From a virus (Duplodnaviria; Caudoviricetes): DNA of 64,000 bases. The notes below the pieces were generated by a model. It was not told the DNA's origin. It saw only the letters and a program-made list of their open reading frames with translations, and did not search any database. The position numbers and the translations under genes are program-made. The first letter of the stretch is position 1, and each line of letters begins with the position of its first letter. Where the stretch lies: positions 1 to 64,000 of IMG/VR virus record IMGVR_UViG_2617270876_000003; one strand, written 5' to 3'. Below, one piece after another: positions 9,610 to 21,228 of this stretch.

Positions 9610-10110
9610 TTACTTATTATATTGTTCAACCAATTCATTAAACCATTCTTTATCCTTAATTATCAAAGAATAATCAATCAAATTTCTCAATTCATCATCC
9701 TTTAGATTTACTTTATCATCATGGTATATCTGAACTGAGATGTTAACAGCATCCATAAGATTTTCCTTCTCTTTGCCCGAATACTTTCTAAAATCGCTAT
9801 CTTTAGCTCTGATATCAATCTTAATATCCGAGTGCTCAGGAAATTCTTTTTTAAGAAAATAAGTCAACCCTTGAAGACTTGCATATCTATGTGATTCTGT
9901 ATAATATGCACCAAGCATTGTGTATCTGATAATATTTTTTGTAAAATCTTTTGTGTGATAGTACCACTCATCAGTAGATTTATCGTATTTAAACATAATT
10001 GGATCGATACTCAGTTTAATATCGGTTGGTGTTTGTTTATCTACCTGAGTAATGCCATCTTTGATGAGATTAAACACTTGTTCTTTGTTAAGCATAATCA
10101 TTATATTCAC
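9610..10110 (-). CDS. IDEAL-domain protein
   Basis: C-terminal LIDYSLIIKDKEWFNEL. Confidence 0.65.
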   Translation of the reverse strand: MNIMIMLNKEQVFNLIKDGITQVDKQTPTDIKLSIDPIMFKYDKSTDEWYYHTKDFTKNIIRYTMLGAYYTESHRYASLQGLTYFLKKEFPEHSDIKIDIRAKDSDFRKYSGKEKENLMDAVNISVQIYHDDKVNLKDDELRNLIDYSLIIKDKEWFNELVEQYNK

Positions 10111-10544
10111 CTCATTAATTTATTATCGTTGTTTAATATGAAATCAAAGTTTTATCTTCTTTTTGTTTGAACGTGAGTATAATACTCATCTGTAATACAA
10201 AAGCCCATACTAATTGAGTCCAACGTTGCTTTTATGGTTTCTCCACACTCATTACAAAAAAACTTTTTATCGGCTTGATCCGTTAGAATTCTTTTATTTT
10301 TATCTATAAATCCAATTTGAGTATGTATTTTATTTTTCTTATGAATGGGACAATAAAAGTCTAACTTAGTTTTAATTTTGGGATGTTCTTCGAGTTCCAT
10401 CATCAACAGCGTATCAACAATATCTTTCTCTAGATGCTGAGGAAGGACTTTCTTTATATATGGAACACCAAAAATCCTAACCTTTGCTTTGGCAACATTC
10501 TTGATTTCATCATCTATATCCCATTTAAGTTGATAATTAAAATT

Positions 10545-11114
10545 TCACACCTCTTCTCTCCCACTGGCTCGTAATTCCAATACCATTTCCTTTCTGATCT
10601 TCAACTCATCTAAAATCATTTCTTCTGGAATCAAACTGCCGAATCCAACTTTTTCTCTTATAAAATCACTATCTACTCCAACATTGATTTGATTCACCAA
10701 TCTAGATGGTCGTTCGTGAATATGTCCATGAATTGAGTAGGCATTTGGTGTAAGTCCAATCTCAATCGGATAATGAAATAGAAAAAGATGCTGCTTATCA
10801 ATTTTCTTCACAATCATATTCTCAACCGATTCAAAATAATGAGATAGCCTTTTAACAACCTTTTGGTCATCATGATTGCCTAGAACCAGATGGATGCACC
10901 CATTTAATCTGGAAATAATGTCTTCCCACTTAGTAGTCCCACCGAAAACAAAATCTCCAAGGTGATACACAATATCGTTTCTTTGTACTTTATCATTCCA
11001 GTTGAAAATGAATTGCTCATTCATATCTTCAATTGATTCAAACGGACGTTGTGCTAAGTGTAAGATGTTTTTATGATGGAAATGAGAATCACTTGTTAAC
11101 CAAACTTGCGGCAT
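10545..11114 (-). CDS. Calcineurin-like metallophosphoesterase
   Basis: SDSHFHH, HLGD, GNHD, HYP, HGHIH, NVGVD. Confidence 0.92.
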   Translation of the reverse strand: MPQVWLTSDSHFHHKNILHLAQRPFESIEDMNEQFIFNWNDKVQRNDIVYHLGDFVFGGTTKWEDIISRLNGCIHLVLGNHDDQKVVKRLSHYFESVENMIVKKIDKQHLFLFHYPIEIGLTPNAYSIHGHIHERPSRLVNQINVGVDSDFIREKVGFGSLIPEEMILDELKIRKEMVLELRASGREEV

Positions 11115-11504
11115 TTAGTCCTCCTCTAATTTTTCACGAATTGCATTTTGAAGCACCTGAGAAAAATTAATTCCTCTTCTCTCGGCCACTTCATTTAAGT
11201 CCTCTGGAATAGTCAAAGTTTTCTTAACATATTTAATTTTTGTAGATATCGTACATGACGCAATTGTAGTAAATTGTTTCATTGCTAATTTTATTTGCTC
11301 TATTGGTGTTGGTCCAGGAATAAGTTCTCCATCCTCTAAACGACTCTGGACGGTTAATTTAAGCACTTCATTTGCTCGTCTAAATGCTTCCTCTAACGTG
11401 TCAGCCTGAGTTAGTGCTTCCTCTAAATCGGGAAAGGATATCTGTATGTGATCGTTATTAAAGTCGAGTACTGCTACATATGTATAATTTTTTTCAATAT
11501 TCAT
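11115..11504 (-). CDS. hicB: HicB-family antitoxin (no adjacent hicA)
   Basis: ISFPDL..ALTQADTLEEA..A.EVL, IPGPT, VKKTLTIP..INFSQVLQ. Confidence 0.9.
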   Translation of the reverse strand: MNIEKNYTYVAVLDFNNDHIQISFPDLEEALTQADTLEEAFRRANEVLKLTVQSRLEDGELIPGPTPIEQIKLAMKQFTTIASCTISTKIKYVKKTLTIPEDLNEVAERRGINFSQVLQNAIREKLEED

Positions 11505-11535
11505 GATAATTACCTCCCTTAATGTTATCGAGGTA

Positions 11536-11564
11536 ATTATAACACGTATTTAGTACGTATTCAA
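11536..11564 (-). promoter_or_regulatory. Sigma-A promoter of hicB with an ACGT-repeat operator-like spacer
   Basis: TTGAAT-17 bp (ACGTACTAAATACGTGT)-TATAAT on the minus strand. Confidence 0.75.
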
Positions 11565-12114
11565 GTGAGAATAAACTCAATGAAATTCAGTTTTTATTTA
11601 AATTTATTTTTTAGTGTGATTATTATATCTTTCACTTCTCGGCGACAGGTATAATTTATTAGAAGTACATTAAGCAAAATCGAGACGATAGCAGACCACA
11701 AGAACTTTGGTTCGTTTGGATTAAAAATGAAAATAATTAAATTTATTATTCCACTAAATAAAAATGATAAGCATATTACCGCAGAAAAATGATTTAAGTT
11801 CAATGAATTCCCTCCAGAGTAATTTTTAATATCCATGATGAAAGTCACATTTCACGAGATTTGATTATTCCCTTTAATTCACTAAGCAGATTTTTGTATT
11901 CTTCCTCTGATGCTTTCTGAAGATTATATCTTCCTTCCAAGCAAAAATTATACTTATCCTCGTAGACGAAAAATGGAGACTTGGCAAAGAGTGTCAACAG
12001 AATATCAATTTCTAAATCAGTTAGTTCTATAAGATGGACTTTTTTTGCCCCACTAATTTTCACAACATCTACTCCTTTCTTCATTCCCCATAAAAGCAGC
12101 CTTTTATATTGAAA

Positions 12115-12639
12115 TTAAATCTTCAATTCTCCATTAACATATTTACCCTTTTCGATTTTAAAATCGAATCCAAGAGACTTAATCTGCTCTATTGCTGCAT
12201 CGTCAATAACCCCTCTTACAACTTTTCCGAATTCTATTTTTATAGGACAGATATAGCACATATGTCTCCATCCTTCATCTACTATCTTTCCCTTTCTTCT
12301 TAGTGCCTCTATTTCGAGCAAAGTTTTGTATTCGTAATCATTCAAATTGTTTTCAACCCTACAGCCGTATAAAATTGACTCTCCATTAACCTCTATATAT
12401 GTATTATTCTCAAGTAAGTAATACTCACCAATTTTATTGACTTCATTATATAAGCCCTTAAGTTCTTTTCTAAATTTATAAGCATCTCTATTGGCGTAGT
12501 GAAAAGTGTGTAACTGACCATCTTTCATTGCGATGGTAAAATAGGTGTGATCACCTTGATCGCCAAACCTTCCTCCTACTCCTCTTACTGAAGCTATCTC
12601 TGCAATCTTAACCATATTCCAATATTCCATGTTATTCAC
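12115..12639 (-). CDS. Hypothetical protein bounded by junction palindromes
   Basis: 174-aa ORF with RBS; motif copies at 12090 and 12656. Confidence 0.7.
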   Translation of the reverse strand: MNNMEYWNMVKIAEIASVRGVGGRFGDQGDHTYFTIAMKDGQLHTFHYANRDAYKFRKELKGLYNEVNKIGEYYLLENNTYIEVNGESILYGCRVENNLNDYEYKTLLEIEALRRKGKIVDEGWRHMCYICPIKIEFGKVVRGVIDDAAIEQIKSLGFDFKIEKGKYVNGELKI

Positions 12640-13233
12640 ACCTTTTCATTTGTTTATAAAATGCATCGTTTATCACCTTTATTTCTCTCTTATTGTTATA
12701 ATTCTTCCTTCTTGTCTAATTACGGTGTATTTTGTTGCATCTATTACATAGTTGGGATCTTTGAGAATAATTTTATATTCTTTTGTGTAACTATTATCTT
12801 CATATACTGTGAAACGAATTGCGGTTGAGCAAATCACTAACAATAAAAAACACAGAATTGAAACTGAGCCCTTCTTATTAACTAACGAACCAATAAGAAA
12901 CACTAAACACACAATAAAACCGATAATTGCTACTGATCCAATAAATGCTATAGGGCCATTCTTTACAACAGTATCTGTAAAAAGTATTTCCATTTTAATC
13001 CACCTTTCAAATTACTCATTGATAATATTTATTTTTTCTTAATTCTTCAACACTGCGAATCGTTGCCAAACAACCAGCCGAAGCAAAGCAAGCCCATGCT
13101 ATTGTTCGTGGTGATTGATTAAATACCGATATAACAAAGAAAATTAAACACCATAAGAAGATTGCCATTGAGAAAATTACTTTCATCTATGTATGTAGTA
13201 TCCTTTCATCATGATATGTTAGTTCTATCAAAT

Positions 13234-13872
13234 TTAACACACTGCAATCGCCAATTTCGGAATATAACGCTTATGTATTTGATGTGCTCCTTGTCTTGAA
13301 ATTCCCATTTCTTTGCCGATCTCAGCAAATCCTTTTCCTTCAAGTAGGTGCTTGACCGCTACAGTTTTCTCGTTTCCGTCTAGTGACGAATTAATTGTTC
13401 TGTTCAAATAATCATTGAACATATTATCTTCAATTGCTTTATATGTATGTTCACAATTTTCATCACGCAAAACATCTTTAATTTGCACTTCTTTTTGTGA
13501 TTTTCCTTTTTTATAATATCTTTCTTCAATGCTTACAGATGAGTATTTGCTCCGACACTTTCTGCTGTGGTAAATAGCATTGATACAAAATTCGTGCCAG
13601 ATTACATCACCAGCATAACTCGTAAATTTAACGCCTCTATTAATATCATATGTATCGAAAGCATTTGTTAATCCGATCATAGCCATTCCAACTAAATCGT
13701 CAGATTCTTCTATCGAGCCTTTTTTCAACCATTTGGCAACCATACTTAGAGCAAACGGAATATTGTTATTGATAATCGTGTCTCTTAGTTTTTTGTCTTT
13801 GATTATTTGATATACTTTAATATTTTCTTCGTTGTTGAAGTTCTTTTCGACTTCAACATTTCTTAGACTCAT
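13234..13872 (-). CDS. Phage-encoded sigma-70-family alternative sigma factor
   Basis: Region 2 (DDLVGMAMIGLTNAFDTYDINRGVKFTSYA) and region 4 HTH (FAEIGKEMGISRQGAHQI). Confidence 0.88.
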   Translation of the reverse strand: MSLRNVEVEKNFNNEENIKVYQIIKDKKLRDTIINNNIPFALSMVAKWLKKGSIEESDDLVGMAMIGLTNAFDTYDINRGVKFTSYAGDVIWHEFCINAIYHSRKCRSKYSSVSIEERYYKKGKSQKEVQIKDVLRDENCEHTYKAIEDNMFNDYLNRTINSSLDGNEKTVAVKHLLEGKGFAEIGKEMGISRQGAHQIHKRYIPKLAIAVC

Positions 13873-13908
13873 ATTATTTTCTCCTTATAAAAGATAGAAT
13901 TTATCATA

Positions 13909-15744
13909 CTATGCAACCGCCAATGTATTAATAATTCGTTCATATAGGTCATCTGGCTTATTATTAATCTCATCATAATTCATCAAATTTAATTCACGAA
14001 CAATTTCCTTGAGGTTAAATAGGATAAATTTGTAATCCTCCAAATCCAAATTATCATTCAAGTCATTTCTTAGTTTTGTTTTATCTATGGATGTTCTGTC
14101 AATATATATTTTATTATTTTTACGATCATGAATGGCAATAAATTTATCTTCGATTGATTCAATGGTGTGTCCCAAAACCTCCACAGAAGTCTCTTTAAGA
14201 ACCATTAGATCTCCAATAGCGAATACATTTCTATTAAACCCGACCATACGACTAACCATATCAAGCAACATCATTGCTCTGCGCTCTACGTTCTGCAATT
14301 CTGTATTAGATAAAGAAGCTTTAATTTTTGTCTTTTCGGTTAGTTGAGAAATATGAACAATGTTTTGCTCCTTGCCCAACAATTCAAGAACACTGCTTTC
14401 AAATTTATTGCGAGAGACAATTATCTTTAATTTATAGTGTTCAGCGATCTTGAACTTTGCCTCTTGTTCAATTACTTGATCAAAACCTAACCAAAATACT
14501 GGTTCAGATTCAAAATCAAGATGTTTACCTTTTCTTTCTTCTAACTTCTCTTCATTTATTTCGGGTTCACTGTATCCTCCAGAACTTCCCTCGTCACCCC
14601 TCCATGATTGAATCCCTTCTGCTTTCGGAGCCTTATTCATAACATCGTGTTCTATTTGAACTTCGTCATAATGTGACTCTGATTGTTTGGCGGCTTCGGA
14701 TTTTAAGAATACTTCATACTGATTAATCGTTTTCATCTCTGAATTATCACGTTTAGCCAACGCGATTCCGCTTAAATATTTAGAATCTTTTTCATCTTCA
14801 GTATTGAAAATAAGGAATGTCATTTCGTTTTTTAATTTATTTTTGTCTGCATAGTATGAAATTGAGTCAATATGATTATCTATGTATTTTTGCTCTCCAT
14901 TTAGAAAGCTGCTATTGGCTAGTTCTTGAATGTGTGTTTTAACCTTGCTTAGAAAATCAAGATACTTACTGTCTCTAATAATGTCTTTTCGATCTGGAGA
15001 AGTTAAATTAAGTGTTTTGTCTGTTATGTGCAAATCTCCTTTGATGTAATACAGGTTGTCCAGTTTAGTGACAAATCTCCCTTTATAAAAAACGTTTAAA
15101 TCTTGACAAAACCCACCACTTAGAGCAATCCATCCCTTAATAAATTCATCGTTGATTTTACTAAGAAACACACTACCATCACCCTCAGTTAAGTCTTTCT
15201 TTTCTTGCATAACATTATCACAATAAATATCAAGTTCATGTATGTATTTTCCAAGCATTTCAACACGCTCACGGATGCTAGTTGATGTTACTTGATTAAA
15301 ATCAAAATTATTCAAAATGAGTTTAAATCCATCGTATGAATTTGCAATCTCGTTTACTTCGATCTGAGTCTTATTGTTTTGAATCATATCTGAAACGTTA
15401 AAGATGATGTGTTTATTTCCTGTATAAACTTCAATATAATCACTAACTGTAATATTGCTGAAGAACCCCATACCAAACGGCGATTCTGATTTCTGAATAT
15501 CTTCATCCCATTCTGATTCAGCAATGGAGAATAATGCTTGTGGATTTTGGAGCGTCTTACCGTTATTCTCAATTGTCACCTTCTTATTGCAGTAATCTAT
15601 ATTCACTTTTACTTCGGTAGCTTTGGCTCGTTGTGCATTTTGGATATCTTCATCTAGAAATGATAGTTTGTCTTTGAATGTACTTTGGCGCAAAAGTTTT
15701 AATTGATTGATTACATTTACTTTAACTTCTACTGGATTAGTCAT
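13909..15744 (-). CDS. GHKL (Hsp90/MutL/MORC-like) ATPase with an uncharacterised C-terminus
   Basis: EDIQNAQRA (N box), ENNG (G1), PFGMGFFS (G2), LTSPDRKDI. Confidence 0.8.
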   Translation of the reverse strand: MTNPVEVKVNVINQLKLLRQSTFKDKLSFLDEDIQNAQRAKATEVKVNIDYCNKKVTIENNGKTLQNPQALFSIAESEWDEDIQKSESPFGMGFFSNITVSDYIEVYTGNKHIIFNVSDMIQNNKTQIEVNEIANSYDGFKLILNNFDFNQVTSTSIRERVEMLGKYIHELDIYCDNVMQEKKDLTEGDGSVFLSKINDEFIKGWIALSGGFCQDLNVFYKGRFVTKLDNLYYIKGDLHITDKTLNLTSPDRKDIIRDSKYLDFLSKVKTHIQELANSSFLNGEQKYIDNHIDSISYYADKNKLKNEMTFLIFNTEDEKDSKYLSGIALAKRDNSEMKTINQYEVFLKSEAAKQSESHYDEVQIEHDVMNKAPKAEGIQSWRGDEGSSGGYSEPEINEEKLEERKGKHLDFESEPVFWLGFDQVIEQEAKFKIAEHYKLKIIVSRNKFESSVLELLGKEQNIVHISQLTEKTKIKASLSNTELQNVERRAMMLLDMVSRMVGFNRNVFAIGDLMVLKETSVEVLGHTIESIEDKFIAIHDRKNNKIYIDRTSIDKTKLRNDLNDNLDLEDYKFILFNLKEIVRELNLMNYDEINNKPDDLYERIINTLAVA

Positions 15745-16287
15745 TTATTTAACACCTCTCTTAAGTGCAAACAGAATAGCATTTTCAACAGTATATTCGT
15801 ATTTCTCATTCTTATATAATTGAGCGACATCTGGATCATTATTTACCACACACAACCATTCATTTAGCATTCTATTGTCGGATGCTAGATTTTTAATCAT
15901 GGTCTCATTCTTACTAATCTTATCTTCAATATAATCAATTACTGAATCAGTATTCTTTTTTGCGTTCTTGTTTACTAAGTATCTTTCATGTCGTCCGCCG
16001 ACTGGAATATATAAAGCATCTTTGGAATCATAAAGATAATACTCATTTGCAGATACTTCCACAGCTTCATCAATCATCATAATAAACTCAAGATCATTAA
16101 GAATCCTATCAGCATAATAAACCGTTGCGTTCTGCAAAAACCTTTTCGAAAATTTACTGTCCCAATAAGTATCAATTGCCCATACGTTTCCCAAAATATC
16201 CTTCATGGTATAGACAATGCCGTGTTTACAATGTCCAATACCATTATGATACCGATATAATGCATTTTCTTTGAATATTCCTGTCAT
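15745..16287 (-). CDS. Hypothetical protein
   Basis: 180-aa ORF abutting its neighbours. Confidence 0.65.
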   Translation of the reverse strand: MTGIFKENALYRYHNGIGHCKHGIVYTMKDILGNVWAIDTYWDSKFSKRFLQNATVYYADRILNDLEFIMMIDEAVEVSANEYYLYDSKDALYIPVGGRHERYLVNKNAKKNTDSVIDYIEDKISKNETMIKNLASDNRMLNEWLCVVNNDPDVAQLYKNEKYEYTVENAILFALKRGVK

Positions 16288-18688
16288 ACATTTCCTCCCT
16301 GTTTGGATTTCAAACGACTCTCAATAATTCTGACGTTTTCTTCTTCTTTAAGTCGCATCCATTCAGTATAATCTGGATTCTCATCAATACTTCCTCCATC
16401 TGGACCAACAAGAAAAGTAATACCAGGAAATTTAACTTTTTGTAGTTTGCTGTTTGGAATCGGTTCTTTTGTAATACGATCTATGTATTTGTATGGTGAT
16501 CTACTTCTTAATTTTCCATCTTTGGTGTACAGTGCTGAATTCATTTCGTTTTATTCTCCCTATATGTATTTTAATAAAACAGATATTTTATTGATTTAAA
16601 ATTTGCCAACGACCATCAATTTCTTTTTGTGAAAAATCTCGATCACTGTGTTGTATATCCATAGGGAACTCGTTGAACTCTGATAAGATGGCCCATCCCT
16701 CCTCCTTGGCTACTTTGTATGCAGTCCAGAAATCAACATAAGGTAAGTCAATCTCCCAATTGTCTTCTAGTAAATAATTCATGTTGCAATCTAGAATTGT
16801 ATCATTTGATTCATTTTCGCCTTGATAAATATAAAGTCCCCAATACTTCTTAATAATTCTTTCTTTAAGGTTGTAAGAATATGCTGTCTGCCCGTCAGTC
16901 ATGGTTTTTACCAATTCCACAATGTTCACTTTAAATTTTCCTCTCTGATTTTTATTAGTAAATTAGGTCTTTTTGCGTTATCCAATAATTAATAATCATA
17001 CTTACCACAATAATCATATTCATCCTTGTCCATCTCTTCGGTCAATTTACGGTTTTCTTCAACGAACCCCTCGTATATTTCCTTGCTCAAGCCCCTATTT
17101 TGGGTTGTAATAGCACATGGACAAGCCCTTTCCCAACATACATGATAGTATCCACAACCATAACTGGATTCAATTTTGTTAAATTCATCTTGACTAATCA
17201 TTTGTTCCCACTCCTATTCTTCAATTTTTTGATAAAGCTTGTCTTTCATTTAGATTTCAACACAATAGTCTTCACCAATGTAAACAATGTCATTTAAAAC
17301 ATGCCATTTAATAGTGTGAGGATTTAATACGTTTCCATAGTTCTTATATAGATAATCAAAGATTAAAGTTTCATTATCGGGATCATTTGGACGATTGATA
17401 GTTTCTTCGATTTCAAACAATAAACCGATTTCGGTTTCATCGAATAATTCAAAAGTAACTACATATTTCATCTTTAATCCTCCTTCCCATCATCTTTCAA
17501 ATATCCCTGCAAGTATTCAATATCCTTCAAAATATTCTTACCTTGTGTGTCCATGATTTGTTGAGCGAGTTCGAATGTGATCAATTTTTGATGTGCCATT
17601 TCAGATGCATTATTCATGAGTTGTGCATAATCATAAATGTTTTTAGCAAATCCAGTTAGATATCTTATTTGAAGCTTAGAAGGTTGAAGCATTTCATCTA
17701 CTTTTCGCTGCTGTGTAAAAGAGTCGTTAATTGCTTTACTCCAATCAGAAACAGTGTCTTTATTTTTCTTACTCAATATTTTCTCTCCTGTTCTTAATGA
17801 AATTGAATTTTTATGTGATTTATTACTTCTTCCATAAACCAGAACAAATCGGAAGCACACAAACATTGCAGTATGGCTTATCTTCAACCATATATTTTAC
17901 TGAACGTTTCTCACCACAATATGTGCAAGTAAGCTTTTTGTCATACCACTTATGGATTGGGTCAAACATTTTCATCGACTTCTTAACTCCCTTCTTAAAC
18001 CACAATATTATAGTATCTTCGTTCATAGGCTAACTTCCGATATTGAGGAACTTCATATGTATCAACTTCATTTCTTTCCAAATCAATAATCGTATATGTA
18101 TTTGTATCAACTGTGAATTTTAGATTGCCATATTGGATTTCTCTGTATGGATAAGTCCTCAACACCTTGCCCAAGAATACTGCTCGATTTATTTTATACT
18201 CAATCTCTGAAAATGAGTTGCACTTATGTGTACTATATGAACAAATTTGCATATATTTATCAATAACTGCCTTATTAATTTTCATAAGTTCCCTCCATAT
18301 GATTGAATTGTTCGATTTCATATTTGTCTTCCATTTCTTTATCATATTTTCCTTGTTTATAAGCTATATGCATATGAGCAAGTCGTACATCATTGAATGC
18401 CTTCGACCAGAACAACCAAACAATTAGCTTATCAATCAGTCGTTTCACTATTTTAATCGTCCTCCTGTTATAACTACCGATTTACCAGTTCTGTTCATTT
18501 TGAATGGTTTACTTGTTACTTCCTGGTATTCAACGAGTTCTTCATATGTATCTTCCGTTGCTTTAAATTCTTTGCCTTGCCATATGTATTTTTCACCGAT
18601 AGTAAAATTAGTTGATCGTGGTTTTTCGTTTACCCAACAGATTGATAAGATTGTTTTTGCTGCTTCACTTAATTTCATATGTATTTCT

Positions 18689-19204
18689 TCACCCCTTTAT
18701 AGATTGAATTAAAATCATAATATAGTTGAATAAGAAATGGCTTAGAATTGGCACAAAGATGTTATAATTTGATTTTCGATAGTAATATGACCAAACTAAC
18801 CCGATAAATAAATAACTTGTAAACAGTGATAAGTTAAGATGTAATATTGAAAATATTCCCGAACTAATAAATGCAGATATCCACCAATTAAAATATTTAT
18901 TTATTTTTATTAATAAAATCTTTCTACATAATAGTTCTTCGAAAACTGGACTGAACAGGACGGCATATATGTACATAATAGGCGTTCTTATGTCCGCTTG
19001 TTGTACCGTTTGATTGTGAAAGAGCAAAGTTGTTGTTGATGTGATGATGTTAAATCCCATAAATGATAAGCAAAACGAGTGAAAAATATTCTCTAATGTG
19101 TCTTTGTTTTTCAATTTACTCAAATCATCGCCTAACCAATAACTGTTCAGATAAATGATTGCTGCTAAGATTACCGTTGGAACAATGTTTAAAGCAATAA
19201 ACAA
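18689..19204 (-). CDS. CPBP/Abi (CAAX) intramembrane metalloprotease
   Basis: PVFEELLCR, FSILH, ILSHFLFN; multiple transmembrane helices. Confidence 0.88.
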   Translation of the reverse strand: MFIALNIVPTVILAAIIYLNSYWLGDDLSKLKNKDTLENIFHSFCLSFMGFNIITSTTTLLFHNQTVQQADIRTPIMYIYAVLFSPVFEELLCRKILLIKINKYFNWWISAFISSGIFSILHLNLSLFTSYLFIGLVWSYYYRKSNYNIFVPILSHFLFNYIMILIQSIKG

Positions 19205-19253
19205 GTATACACCTTCTTTTTGATTTTCATTTGATAAATATCAACCTCCTATT

Positions 19254-19286
19254 AAAAAAAGTACAGGTATGACTTAACCTGTACTT
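19254..19286 (-). terminator. Intrinsic terminator after dfr
   Basis: AAGTACAGGT/ACCTGTACTT stem followed by a T-run on the minus strand. Confidence 0.7.
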
Positions 19287-19322
19287 AGAATAGCATATAT
19301 TATATTGTTTGTCTATTTATTT

Positions 19323-19826
19323 TTACTTTATTAATCGGGAATACTTAACTATTTTTATCGGATAATCAGTATCGTCTCCAACGGGAATATCTAGAGAGTG
19401 AACTGCTTCCCATTCAGACCAATCAATTTCAGGAAAATATGTATCACCTTCGAATTCAGCATCGATATGAGTTATGTACATTTCTCCAATATGGGGCAGA
19501 AATTGCTTATAGATTGAAGCTCCACCAATAATATAAGTCGATCTTAATTCATCGATAATAGAGTGTACTAATATATCATCCACTGAATCATAAACGGTGC
19601 ATTCCGGCACTTTATAGTTTTTGTTAGATGTTAGAATGATATTGTTTCGTTTTGGTAATGGACGACCAATAGATTCATATGTTGACCTTCCCATGACTAC
19701 ATTGCCGTATTCAGTTTGAGACTTGAAGAATTTTAAATCTGCCGAAATGTTCCAAGGGAGTGAATTGGATGAGCCGATTAGATTATTGATGTCCATAGCA
19801 GCAATAAGAGAGATGGGATATGTCAT
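19323..19826 (-). CDS. dfrA: Dihydrofolate reductase
   Basis: [39 protein letters not shown]. Confidence 0.96.
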   Translation of the reverse strand: MTYPISLIAAMDINNLIGSSNSLPWNISADLKFFKSQTEYGNVVMGRSTYESIGRPLPKRNNIILTSNKNYKVPECTVYDSVDDILVHSIIDELRSTYIIGGASIYKQFLPHIGEMYITHIDAEFEGDTYFPEIDWSEWEAVHSLDIPVGDDTDYPIKIVKYSRLIK

Positions 19827-20668
19827 ACAGCTACAACACCTTTAATTGTTGGGTGTGGATCGTAATTATCTAGAATAAAGTCTTCATATTTAAAATCAAA
19901 AATATCTTTTTTGTTTGGATTCAGGTACATCTTTGGTAAGTCTCTTGGTTCTCTGGTCAATTGAAGTCTTACTTGTTCAAGATGATTCAAGTATAGATGC
20001 ACATCTCCGCCCGAGTAAATTAGATCACCAAGATCCAAATCACATACTTGAGCAACCATCATTGTCAATAGAGCATAACTTGCAATGTTAAATGGAAGGC
20101 CAAGAAAAACATCTGTGCTGCGCATGTTAAATTTGCAGGATAGTTTATTATTTTCTACATAAAATTGAAACGCATAATGACATGGAGGAAGCTTCATATC
20201 TTTAATTTCTCCAACGTTCCAGGCTGATACAAGGTGCCTTCTTGAGTCTGGATTTGTTCTTATTGACTTAATGACTTCTGAAATTTGATCAATGGTTTCG
20301 TCGGTAAGCATGAAACAATCTAGACCATCTTCATAATAAGTATCTGCAACTTGCCAGTTACGCCATTGAGAGCCATAAACGGGGCCAAGTTCTCCATGTT
20401 CATTCGCCCAAGAGTCCCAGATTCGAACATCATTTTCCTTAAGATATTGGATATTAGTACTACCTGAAAGAAACCAAAGTAATTCATGGATGACTGATTT
20501 AAGATGGATTTTCTTTGTGGTGAGTAGTGGAAACCCTTCCTGTAGATTAAATCTCATGTCATAACCAAATACAGATAATGTGCCTGTACCAGTTCTATCT
20601 TCTTTCTTTGTACCATTATCAAGAATGTATTGGCATAGTTCTAAATATTTTTTATCAGCGTTATTCAT
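19823..20668 (-). CDS. thyA: Thymidylate synthase
   Basis: [36 protein letters not shown]. Confidence 0.97.
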   Translation of the reverse strand: MNNADKKYLELCQYILDNGTKKEDRTGTGTLSVFGYDMRFNLQEGFPLLTTKKIHLKSVIHELLWFLSGSTNIQYLKENDVRIWDSWANEHGELGPVYGSQWRNWQVADTYYEDGLDCFMLTDETIDQISEVIKSIRTNPDSRRHLVSAWNVGEIKDMKLPPCHYAFQFYVENNKLSCKFNMRSTDVFLGLPFNIASYALLTMMVAQVCDLDLGDLIYSGGDVHLYLNHLEQVRLQLTREPRDLPKMYLNPNKKDIFDFKYEDFILDNYDPHPTIKGVVAV

Positions 20669-20728
20669 TATTCTCTCCCTTTAGTTAAGTTTAAAGGCGA
20701 TGGATTGACCACCGCCTGCGTATAAAAA

Positions 20729-21193
20729 TTAGTTTTTTCCTGTGCTTCCGATTCCACCTCTTGAAACTTCATCAAGTTCATCCACTGTAATCAATTCAAC
20801 ATCTGGCATTACCTCTTGGATACGGAACTGACAAATACGATCATTCTTCTTAATGGTTGTGTCTCGCATTGCTAACGCAGGGAAATGCCACTGATCTAGA
20901 TTTCCACTGAAAGAATTATCAATTACTCCAAAATGATTGGTCTGAATGATTCCAAAATTTTTATATGTGCTACTGCGTGGAACTGGATTTGCTTCATAAC
21001 CTTCAGGTAGTTTCATTCCCACCCCAAGAGGAATAAGAAAATACTCTCCCTTTCTCAAATCAACATCAATTGCAGAGCGAAGATCAATCCAATCACCCTT
21101 AGAAATTTTAGTTAGTGGTTCAATATTAGAAAAATATTTAACCTTAATTTGGAGTGGCTTTTTGTAAAATGGTTGTTTCATTTGGTCTGTCAT
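20729..21193 (-). CDS. dut: Trimeric dUTPase
   Basis: [28 protein letters not shown]. Confidence 0.93.
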   Translation of the reverse strand: MTDQMKQPFYKKPLQIKVKYFSNIEPLTKISKGDWIDLRSAIDVDLRKGEYFLIPLGVGMKLPEGYEANPVPRSSTYKNFGIIQTNHFGVIDNSFSGNLDQWHFPALAMRDTTIKKNDRICQFRIQEVMPDVELITVDELDEVSRGGIGSTGKN

Positions 21194-21228
21194 ATGAATT
21201 ATAATTACTCCCTTTTATGTATTTTTAT

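Noticed and set aside
17777-17887. N-terminal extension of ORF 17474-17887
   Set aside because: It overlaps the upstream gene and a junction motif; an RBS (AGGAGAG) points to a TTG near 17776.
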